Virus record (IMG/VR): IMGVR_UViG_3300038345_000094 | Span: 38,258-102,257 of that record | From: a virus | Taxonomy: Duplodnaviria; Caudoviricetes | Direction: 5' to 3' (one strand) | DNA length: 64,000 nt | In this document: piece by piece, positions 56,192 through 64,000 of the stretch | Position numbering within the stretch: the first letter of the stretch is position 1 | How the letters are laid out: each line of letters starts with the position of its first letter | The notes under the pieces: model-generated | The model's input: only the letters and a program-made list of their open reading frames with translations | Databases searched by the model: none | Told to the model about the DNA's origin: nothing | Made by a program: the position numbers and the translations under genes

Positions 56192-59100
56192 TTATGAGAG
56201 ATATGAAACCTTCAAGTTGTGAAGTTCGTATCGTTTATTCTTTAGATTATCATTATAAACAGTCCCGTTTTCTCCAAGACCAGCCCTCAAGCATAAGTAC
56301 ATACTTGTACCATCGGCTCTGCGGAAATAATCGAATCTAGGGATGTTTGTACGCCAGATATTAAACTTCTTAATCTGATTCATATTTTGCGCGAAATCAG
56401 ATTTGTCTATCTTGTGCGTAACATTACCATTCTCTGTAGATACTGATATCTCGTGGAATCCCGTATCGTACACTAAGTCGTGCTTAATGCCACCTTGCGA
56501 GGACACTCTTAACAAGTAATCAACGGTATTGAATATCTTATAAGCAAAAGGCTCAGGAGCGATACGATATGTTGTGCTGAAAACAGATGGCTTCGTGTCG
56601 TCAAAGAAGAAGAAGTAATCACCCTTTCTGGCTGTAAACAATTTGTTCGTTGTGCCATAAAGATTAATCCAATCGTCTCCAACATTGAACGATATGTTAG
56701 ATCTTCCGTAATCATAGAAAGATGTAAACTCATCCATCTTTTCGGAATAAGCAAGAGATGTAGTTCCACTCACGAAATGGACATCTTTCTTATTCTTATC
56801 GTACCATACGGTTCTGAATGTATGGTCACGATGAGCATAATCGCTGAATCCCTTATTCTCAGACAATCTGTTGAGTCCTTCTGAATTGAGTTTATCAAGC
56901 GAATGATTGATATCATCGACAAAATAAACACCAGTCAGACCAGCCTTAACAGTCCAAGGATTTGAGCAGCCTTCCATATTTGTAAGATAACGAACACCAT
57001 CGACCTTACCAGAGTTAGCTAATTCAATCGGAACGCCAGAAGTAGATGCAAGCTGAATATTCGAGTTAAACATTATCTGAGAGATACCCTTATCTTGGAA
57101 ACAGAAAAGAGAATCACCAAATTTAATCAGCTTTCTAATCTCTCCGAGAGAACCATCGACTTGGTAAGTGCTTGCGAGATTCGTACTTGTCCATATGTCT
57201 ATCTCCTCACCGGGATGTTTTGTTTGACTCCAAGCGAATTGATTAGGGAAGTTTTTGTTCTCTTTAACCCAATCTTCCTGAATGTGATAAGTGAAGAAAT
57301 TATCTTTTTGCTGATAAACATCATTTATCAAATTGAAGAAAGAGTCATCGATTAAAGTGACATCCTCAGTCTCGACATACTTGTCATAACGTCCGGCAAG
57401 ATTGGTTTTTGCTTCTACCATGAAAGATAACACATCGATGACCTGATTCTTGTCGTCGCATGAATACGGATATGTCTTCAAGCAGTCCCAACGCTGATAA
57501 TGAATATCGCCATACAATTCAAGATTGATTGTATCTCCTGTGAAATCCATAATATCAGAAGATGGGATGAATGCCTGATCATTTATATCCTGCGGGAACA
57601 TCGCACTAGGCTGAGTATCTCTTGTCAGTTCTCCGATAAAATAAACATCCTTCGTTGCGTTCGGAACTGTAAGATTGACAGCTGGCTGAACCCCATGATA
57701 ATGACCGTCAGCATCCCAAACAGAATATTCGTTGTTGCCAGTATAATCACCAAGATATCCCGGAAGAACACGCTCGTGATATACCGTAGAACTGCCAGAA
57801 TTCAACTCAGGATTAATCTTAAAGACAGCATGAGGATTACTCTTATATCTGACTAATGTCGGCTCAGAAGCAAGAAGTGATATCCAGTCATTGGCTTCTC
57901 CTTGCGCTTGTCCTTCAGGCGTACCAAACGATAGAGCGTCATCAAGAACATCAGCTATACTGCCAGTAGGATAGAGAGATCTATCAGAACTCCGAATGAA
58001 ATCATTATAAGTTACTGCAGCATCTCTACCGGGCCCGGTATTATTAGAACCATTACTGAACGCAAGAACATAAGATGCTTGAGTATTCGTTTCTATCGAC
58101 TTAGGAGCAAATATTTCATCGAGACCAGAATAATAATATAAATCGTCGTTAGCACTTTTAACCTTCAGAAGACTATTTGCCGTCTTACGATAGAAAGAAA
58201 TATCGCTGATATTATCTATATTATACCCCGAAGAGTAATAAGAAGATTCAGCAGAATACTTGATATTGCCAAGCACCTTCTTAGAATACTGCCCGTGTAA
58301 ATCATTTTGCTCGCCAGACCGAGGTTGCTTCAGATAATCCCACGATTGATTATGATCGATGCTATCAAGTAACTTGAAATCATTACATAACGGTCTGTCT
58401 GCATGCCAAGGATATACCGCCCACGCAACACCCTTATTCTCTGTATATTGTACTCCGTTCTGTCCGATGTAATAATAAGCCCACGAATCGAAATATAATG
58501 GCCATGTAGCTAACTGTGTATTTGACAAAGCCTTAAACTTACGTTCTGGAGTGATATTATCGCCATCAGCAATCTGGAATTGAGAAGCAGTAGATTGAGT
58601 TATCTTGTATTCTCCAACGACTTTATCGGTATGCATATAACCGACAATAGACGCATTGAGAGTTTCTTCGTCGGGACCAACGTCGGTAATGTCCGGAGAA
58701 TGGAACGTACATAAAGAAGCATCGACCGCAAAGATATCGCTATTCTTTAAGTCGTTAATTACATCCTGCGTTTGTCTTTGCGAGTGCCGTAATGAATAAA
58801 AGCGAGTCTGTGTGGCCGTAGAAGCATTGATATGATAATACGGGCCTAAGAATTGCAATTCCCCATTCAACTGATTATTCGGAGCAAGCATGTAATCGTG
58901 CCGATACTCAAGAAATCTACTCGTTGGTGTTTGTACATCACTATCTGCTTGTGGAGGAATAGACCTGAAGAACCAAGAAGACTCTGCATTAGGCGTCTCT
59001 TGTACTCTATCTTTAGCACAATAAACGGTAGGATTCAGAACGCCCTGCGCAACGAACCTGCGCTGGTTGTCATTCGGATAACAAATAACAGCACGAATCC

Positions 59101-60415
59101 TCTTATACTTATTCTTTATGCTGTCAGACAAACTGGCTCTATCGACAATGATTACTTGCTTTGGAATTGTATCTAAATTCGGAGAGCCAGCAGGAGTGAG
59201 ATAATCACTTATAACAACAGGCTCAGACCATTTGCCGAACTTATCTTGAAGCTGAATGCCGATGTGATAATAGTCACCTTTCTTAAGATAAGAATTACTT
59301 GAATGGAACGTCTGACCTCCAGAAGTGCCTTGTGTATATGTAACCTCACGTTCGCCATCAAGAAAAGCATTACTTTGCACAAAAGTAAGATGCTTAATGA
59401 CCGTACTCGTGTCAAAGCCGCTTGTCGTAATATGATCGAGTATCTCTTGAAGTTCTTCGTAGGTAGGCACATAAGTCTTTATGTTACCAAGAAACAGCGT
59501 ATTGTCCTTCGCAGCAAGAGTGCCAGCGACAAATCTATCTCCACCCTTGAAGAATAAGTCTGTAGGAGCAATCGCTTGACCAGTAGAATAATTATCTGTA
59601 ATCGATGTTGAGTCTCCGCTTATATCAATATTAGCAATCTTTATAACCTCAACTTCTGTATCTTCAGAAGTACGTAGTGCTCGATAAATGTTAATCTTAT
59701 CAAACTTATCGCTGAGATTAGATATGCTAATATTAAATTGGCAAGCTACAAGATCGTCTGGTGCACCAGCTCTCTTTCTATGGTCGGCATAAAACAATGG
59801 AGAAGAATAAATAACTGCCGTCTCAACTCCATGTATGTTCGAATAAGTAAAGAAATACTGGACGATACCAGACTTGAATAATCCTACGCCGCTCGTGTGT
59901 TCCTTTTCGATATAAACATGAGGGAACTTATCAATTTCTGGAACGAAATCAAAAGATGTATCATCGTATTCACTCCAGTCTTCTTGTAGCGCAATTACAC
60001 GAGGTTGATTAACTCCATCCACCCAGTAGACCTTCGTGACATTCTCGGTCTCGTAATCGACGATACTATCAACAAACGAACTGGCATCAAAATTCAAATT
60101 ACCAACATATTGCTTTTCTATTGAATAAGTATCGCCGTTTCGTTTTATATATGTGATATAATCATTTGACGGATTACCTCCAGTTGAGAAAGTAACAGCG
60201 CCATCAATGAGTTCACATACGCCAATTACAGTGCCTTGTATTGTAATACTCTTATAGAGATTACCTTTCTCGTTTGTTATCGAGAAGGACGTATCCCCAC
60301 CGTTCGAATCTATGCGGACATTAAAATTCTCGTAGACATACTGATTATTAACCTTACTGTCCGCTAAATCACGGCGCATACCGAGATTTAAAAATTCTGC
60401 TACTTTAGGTGTCAT
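56192..60415 (-). CDS. tail muzzle / stabilisation protein
   Basis: GMRRDL..ENFNVRI, SITNEKGN, VYWVDGVNQPR, QRWDCLKTYP; 1407 aa, beta-rich. Confidence 0.8.
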   Translation of the reverse strand: MTPKVAEFLNLGMRRDLADSKVNNQYVYENFNVRIDSNGGDTSFSITNEKGNLYKSITIQGTVIGVCELIDGAVTFSTGGNPSNDYITYIKRNGDTYSIEKQYVGNLNFDASSFVDSIVDYETENVTKVYWVDGVNQPRVIALQEDWSEYDDTSFDFVPEIDKFPHVYIEKEHTSGVGLFKSGIVQYFFTYSNIHGVETAVIYSSPLFYADHRKRAGAPDDLVACQFNISISNLSDKFDKINIYRALRTSEDTEVEVIKIANIDISGDSTSITDNYSTGQAIAPTDLFFKGGDRFVAGTLAAKDNTLFLGNIKTYVPTYEELQEILDHITTSGFDTSTVIKHLTFVQSNAFLDGEREVTYTQGTSGGQTFHSSNSYLKKGDYYHIGIQLQDKFGKWSEPVVISDYLTPAGSPNLDTIPKQVIIVDRASLSDSIKNKYKRIRAVICYPNDNQRRFVAQGVLNPTVYCAKDRVQETPNAESSWFFRSIPPQADSDVQTPTSRFLEYRHDYMLAPNNQLNGELQFLGPYYHINASTATQTRFYSLRHSQRQTQDVINDLKNSDIFAVDASLCTFHSPDITDVGPDEETLNASIVGYMHTDKVVGEYKITQSTASQFQIADGDNITPERKFKALSNTQLATWPLYFDSWAYYYIGQNGVQYTENKGVAWAVYPWHADRPLCNDFKLLDSIDHNQSWDYLKQPRSGEQNDLHGQYSKKVLGNIKYSAESSYYSSGYNIDNISDISFYRKTANSLLKVKSANDDLYYYSGLDEIFAPKSIETNTQASYVLAFSNGSNNTGPGRDAAVTYNDFIRSSDRSLYPTGSIADVLDDALSFGTPEGQAQGEANDWISLLASEPTLVRYKSNPHAVFKINPELNSGSSTVYHERVLPGYLGDYTGNNEYSVWDADGHYHGVQPAVNLTVPNATKDVYFIGELTRDTQPSAMFPQDINDQAFIPSSDIMDFTGDTINLELYGDIHYQRWDCLKTYPYSCDDKNQVIDVLSFMVEAKTNLAGRYDKYVETEDVTLIDDSFFNLINDVYQQKDNFFTYHIQEDWVKENKNFPNQFAWSQTKHPGEEIDIWTSTNLASTYQVDGSLGEIRKLIKFGDSLFCFQDKGISQIMFNSNIQLASTSGVPIELANSGKVDGVRYLTNMEGCSNPWTVKAGLTGVYFVDDINHSLDKLNSEGLNRLSENKGFSDYAHRDHTFRTVWYDKNKKDVHFVSGTTSLAYSEKMDEFTSFYDYGRSNISFNVGDDWINLYGTTNKLFTARKGDYFFFFDDTKPSVFSTTYRIAPEPFAYKIFNTVDYLLRVSSQGGIKHDLVYDTGFHEISVSTENGNVTHKIDKSDFAQNMNQIKKFNIWRTNIPRFDYFRRADGTSMYLCLRAGLGENGTVYNDNLKNKRYELHNLKVSYLS

Positions 60416-60416
60416 A

Positions 60417-61109
60417 TCAGTGTCTCCTTAAAATTTCTTTCTCGCCAGAGTTAACGAAGTGCTTGCTTTGCTCATTGGCTCGAACAATAAGCTCGCTAAA
60501 TCCATTATAGAACGATTCCGCTTCGTCAATGGTCATTCTATTGAATTCAGACTCACAGTCGCCAACGGCCCATGCGTAATCCTGTTGTGCTAATTGAAGA
60601 GCCTTCATATCTGGAAGCTTGCCTTGATCAAACAGTTTTGTGAACTGTTCTTTCTTTATGTAAGCCTTCAATGCGCGCTTGAAAGACTCATTATCAGGAA
60701 GCATAGGATATCCCATATCATCGATTGGTATAGCAAGATATGAGATTTCGATTGGTGCGTTCTCTGTAGATGTGTATATTACACCACCTTGTATCTTATA
60801 GGTAAATCCGGCAAAACGCTCTTTATAATTACTCATAAAGAATGTATCTGTCGCAGAATGATAAACAACATCATTATTGATACAACCAGAACGAACGCCT
60901 ATAATCTTGTAGAAATCACACGGGAGTTGAGCTCTATAGCATTCAGGCTCAATGATGGCCGTCTTGTTTTCAAACATATTAGGAACTCCGACAATCTTCA
61001 TGAAGCTAACAGACATCCTAACTATGCTATCAAGGGGAATGCTACGTAACATCGGGTGTTCGTAAAGCTCATCCACGAGAGCATTTATTGAAATTAAATT
61101 CTCTTTCAT
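60417..61109 (-). CDS. tail ring protein
   Basis: YRAQLPCDF, ISYLAIPID..GYPMLPD, QQDYAWAVG; synteny. Confidence 0.7.
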   Translation of the reverse strand: MKENLISINALVDELYEHPMLRSIPLDSIVRMSVSFMKIVGVPNMFENKTAIIEPECYRAQLPCDFYKIIGVRSGCINNDVVYHSATDTFFMSNYKERFAGFTYKIQGGVIYTSTENAPIEISYLAIPIDDMGYPMLPDNESFKRALKAYIKKEQFTKLFDQGKLPDMKALQLAQQDYAWAVGDCESEFNRMTIDEAESFYNGFSELIVRANEQSKHFVNSGEKEILRRH

Positions 61110-61600
61110 CTCTTTCTATATTCGTATTCTTTAGTATATGCGATTAACTTATTTTCTTTAATAAGTTCGCTCAGTCTTTTCCTATTAGTCGGAGTTGGCT
61201 TAATTCTCATTATGCCTGATGCGGTCGGACCTTTCAGGCTCGGCTTATAACCGAATCTATAAATATACTCGCTTGTATATCTTACTACCTTCTTTTCTTT
61301 TCTGAACTCTTCGTCTTCAGCCCTTAATTGATATGTGGCTTTCCAGTCAACAGGCTTTGGGAAAATAAGTTTGCCCTTGTAATAAAAAGGAGTATATTTT
61401 TTACCGACGATCATCATCGATCCCATACAAGAAGGGAAGATATATTCCTTGCCAGCAAGCACGTGTTCAAGAGCCATTTCATTTATAGCCTTTATAACAC
61501 GCATACATATATACCTCTTGTATTTAGTATGCTGAGCGTGGGCGAGATAATATTTCTCAAACAACTCCCTGCTGTATTTCTTATTTCTTACTTTTCCCAT
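61106..61600 (-). CDS. HU/IHF-like DNA-binding protein
   Basis: Basic; helix then G..YIFP..MG.M beta-arm pattern; position between ring genes. Confidence 0.65.
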   Translation of the reverse strand: MGKVRNKKYSRELFEKYYLAHAQHTKYKRYICMRVIKAINEMALEHVLAGKEYIFPSCMGSMMIVGKKYTPFYYKGKLIFPKPVDWKATYQLRAEDEEFRKEKKVVRYTSEYIYRFGYKPSLKGPTASGIMRIKPTPTNRKRLSELIKENKLIAYTKEYEYRKR

Positions 61601-62307
61601 TGCTTTCTACTATATCTTTCGTTAGGCGTACGAACGGCAATACCAGCAAGATCGTCTTCTGTGTTGTTTACAGTATCTTCCGGCTTATATATCGAATTCT
61701 GGAAGGTAGAGACGACATAATCAAGGACAAGTTGCACAAGAGCATCTTCAAGACAAAAGTCGACATCATTATAGTTAACTTCAAGACCTTTGCAGGCACA
61801 CTCCGCTTCGGCTGCAGCGAGAGGAGATTCGAAAACTGCTTCAACCTTGAATTCTTGAAGATATTCAAATCTCGGATTGCAAGACTTTACCAAGATATAA
61901 TCGTCTTCATCTATCGTCCAATATATAATATTCTTGAGATATCTGTTATTTCCCGTAAAAGCAAAACGTTCAAACGGGACAAATACTATATTGGGATTAC
62001 CAGTAAGCTTGTTTGTCTTAACGCTGATGATATCAAATATCGTTTCCGTAGGAAGCGGTTCTTTAGATTTGAGTAATGGAATACCAGAATAGCCTTCATT
62101 ATCAGAGACTAATTCCAATTCTACAGTGAATGTAGATTTATCGGAATCCGGAATTTCATCTTCTTTATCTTCATATTTCGTTTTAAGCACATAAGCCCTG
62201 AATTTCTCCAATATAAATAATATATGTTGATTAGTTATATAGGAATCGTCGGCAGAGATTTTAAGTAAATCCCTTACCAGATAAATCATTTCGCTGTAAG
62301 TATTCAT
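61588..62307 (-). CDS. tail ring / tubular protein
   Basis: TYSEMIY...SADDS...FRAY, AVFESP, KPEDTVNN..DDL; synteny. Confidence 0.7.
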   Translation of the reverse strand: MNTYSEMIYLVRDLLKISADDSYITNQHILFILEKFRAYVLKTKYEDKEDEIPDSDKSTFTVELELVSDNEGYSGIPLLKSKEPLPTETIFDIISVKTNKLTGNPNIVFVPFERFAFTGNNRYLKNIIYWTIDEDDYILVKSCNPRFEYLQEFKVEAVFESPLAAAEAECACKGLEVNYNDVDFCLEDALVQLVLDYVVSTFQNSIYKPEDTVNNTEDDLAGIAVRTPNERYSRKQWEK

Positions 62308-62315
62308 ATCTATAT

Positions 62316-62365
62316 AAAATAAAACCTTGCCGCGAAGTTAATAAAAATTAACTAAAACGGCAAGG
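62316..62365 (-). promoter_or_regulatory. overlapping terminator and sigma70-type promoter
   Basis: CCTTGCCG/CGGCAAGG stem with reverse-strand T-rich tail; reverse strand TTG-N20-TAACTTCG inside it. Confidence 0.55.
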
Positions 62366-62390
62366 AGATTATAACTTTATTAAATGGGGA

Positions 62391-62594
62391 TTACCCCATT
62401 ATAATGGATTGAACCTTCGCGATCTTTTTCCAATCGCAATCCGTAAAGAGAACAGATAACTCTCCTTGCTTAATCTCGTCAAGCATACACGCAACGAAAA
62501 GTTTGTACAAATCCACCCTGCTTATCGGAAAGCCATTCTTTGCTTCTGTCAGGAAAATAGAAAGCGCATCAGATAAATTACAGGTATTAAACAT
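62391..62594 (-). CDS. small hypothetical structural-region protein
   Basis: ATG at 62594 overlaps the end of the upstream gene. Confidence 0.5.
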   Translation of the reverse strand: MFNTCNLSDALSIFLTEAKNGFPISRVDLYKLFVACMLDEIKQGELSVLFTDCDWKKIAKVQSIIMG

Positions 62595-63255
62595 CTGGAC
62601 AATTACATTTCTTTTTCGCAGGCGTAACCTTCTTCTTTCGCTCTGGGAATACAATCTCTGGCATGCGATCATCTATGTGACCACAATTGCGTTTAAAGGC
62701 CTTTTTCGGGCGCCTAGACGCGATCAAATTATAAAGATAACCGAGATTATCATCACTGGTAAAAGAGCTCAATTCAAAGGCTTTTAGGCGTATTAAGAAG
62801 TCAACAAATCTATTGGGACACTCAGACTCGCAAGGATTGCAACAACCGCTCTCGCATATCTCGTCGATGAAGTTCATAAACGTATTATATATGAGATACA
62901 TATTCATCGTCGTAATCTTATAAAGATATCCATCCGATGTCTTCTCAGTATAATTGTATAGTACGCTATTACGACCGACAGCCTTATCTGCAGCTTCACC
63001 TAAACTCGAGTCGTAAGACTCAACAGTAGTTTCAATATCTATACGGAATGGCTCGTCTGAATGCTCGCCACAATAACCAGTAACAACAGGAAGTGTTGAC
63101 CCATTAAATATCGTCTCGCCAGCCTTATCTATAATCTTTACAGATTTAATCGTCTCGCTCGTACGATCGTTATTACGAACGACACTCAAGTCGCAATAGA
63201 GCTGATTATAGCCCTCTTCGTCTTTCTTTAAATAGAAGTATTTTATGTTTATCAT
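62587..63255 (-). CDS. Cys-rich hypothetical structural-region protein
   Basis: CESGCCNPCESEC and C-terminal CNC. Confidence 0.65.
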   Translation of the reverse strand: MINIKYFYLKKDEEGYNQLYCDLSVVRNNDRTSETIKSVKIIDKAGETIFNGSTLPVVTGYCGEHSDEPFRIDIETTVESYDSSLGEAADKAVGRNSVLYNYTEKTSDGYLYKITTMNMYLIYNTFMNFIDEICESGCCNPCESECPNRFVDFLIRLKAFELSSFTSDDNLGYLYNLIASRRPKKAFKRNCGHIDDRMPEIVFPERKKKVTPAKKKCNCPDV

Positions 63256-63263
63256 GTCGTTCT

Positions 63264-63305
63264 AAAAAAGAAGACCAGCCAAGACACTTGGCCCTGACTG
63301 GTCTT
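63264..63305 (-). terminator. intrinsic terminator
   Basis: AAGACCAG/CTGGTCTT stem with reverse-strand T-tract. Confidence 0.7.
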
Positions 63306-63318
63306 AAATTAATTTATA

Positions 63319-64000
63319 TTAGTCACCAGGAGTGTAGACCTCACCATCGATCTTGATGGTAGCATCCGGGAACTCAGCGGCGAAAGCAGCAGCTGCGGTA
63401 GAAGCAGAAACACCAGCGAGAGCAAGCGTAATGGTCTTGCGGCTGTGCTGATTGTCCTCGTTATTACCCTGATAGAAGTAGGTCAGATCAACCACAGAAT
63501 AAGCAGTAGCGCCAGTGGAGTCAATCTGATAGGTCGGCTCGAAGTTGTTCGGCCAAGTGATGCCACGATAGATGTCACCACGCTCACCAAGGCAAAACCA
63601 CTCGAGATCAGCAAGCTTACGAGCGCCAGCAAGAGTATCGGTGGAATCCTTCGAAACAGTAGCAGGAGTCAGTGTCGCCCACTCGGTATCAATGGAGTCG
63701 ATATTCACGAGCTCAGCGTCCACATCGAATGGCAGAGTAGCAACAGACATCTTGCCGAGCTTCCAAGGCATGTAAACCTCGGTCAGAACGAGAGTGTTAG
63801 TAGAAACAACGCTGGAGATAATCGGAGTGCCAGTAGCAGCATTCTCAGCAGCGACGTTCTTATCGAGAGAAGCCTTCAGAGCTGTCATGAAGTCGCCCGG
63901 AGTCATCGCAGCAGTTGTGTAAACATCAGCGAGCTTGAAGAGACGATCCTCGTCGGAGTTGCTAACGAACTGACGGAAGGTAACCTTCAGCACATAGTGA
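63319..64000 (-). CDS. auxiliary capsid protein (crAss gene-75-like), 5' truncated
   Basis: LADLEWFCLGERGDIYRG..WPNN motif; frame open to the window edge. Confidence 0.7.
   Translation of the reverse strand, partial: HYVLKVTFRQFVSNSDEDRLFKLADVYTTAAMTPGDFMTALKASLDKNVAAENAATGTPIISSVVSTNTLVLTEVYMPWKLGKMSVATLPFDVDAELVNIDSIDTEWATLTPATVSKDSTDTLAGARKLADLEWFCLGERGDIYRGITWPNNFEPTYQIDSTGATAYSVVDLTYFYQGNNEDNQHSRKTITLALAGVSASTAAAAFAAEFPDATIKIDGEVYTPGD

Overview
A 64 kb segment of a crAss-like (Crassvirales) phage with a Bacteroidota host, read in the standard genetic code. + strand: (1) 1-7.2 kb holds small early ORFs, nine tRNA genes, one non-canonical tRNA-like RNA, several candidate structured ncRNAs and a fimbrillin-like lipoprotein. 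(2) 7.2-33 kb holds replication and nucleotide-metabolism genes: dnaB split by two group I introns (GIY-YIG and LAGLIDADG endonucleases), an AAA ATPase, SSB, primase, PD-(D/E)XK nucleases, nrdD split by a group I intron (HNH), a metallophosphoesterase, dUTPase and ThyX. (3) 33-45.8 kb holds a 2862-aa virion RNA polymerase (DFDxD motif, inserted SLOG domain) and a second large virion protein. The convergent - strand carries cargo, muzzle, ring, HU-like and auxiliary capsid genes. Three observations stand out. First, a tightly coupled 14.9-21.3 kb operon encodes three amide ligases (ATP-grasp, COOH-NH2 ligase type 2, amidoligase) and two glutamine amidotransferases, which looks like a phage-borne biosynthetic or modification pathway of unknown product. 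Second, several full-length enzyme homologues appear catalytically eroded (PolA, SF2 helicase, GMP reductase/IMPDH, an HNH domain on ThyX). Third, structured RNAs lie between the tRNAs, including two stem-closed loops complementary to each other. All calls come from motif recognition by eye; no searches or folding programs were run.
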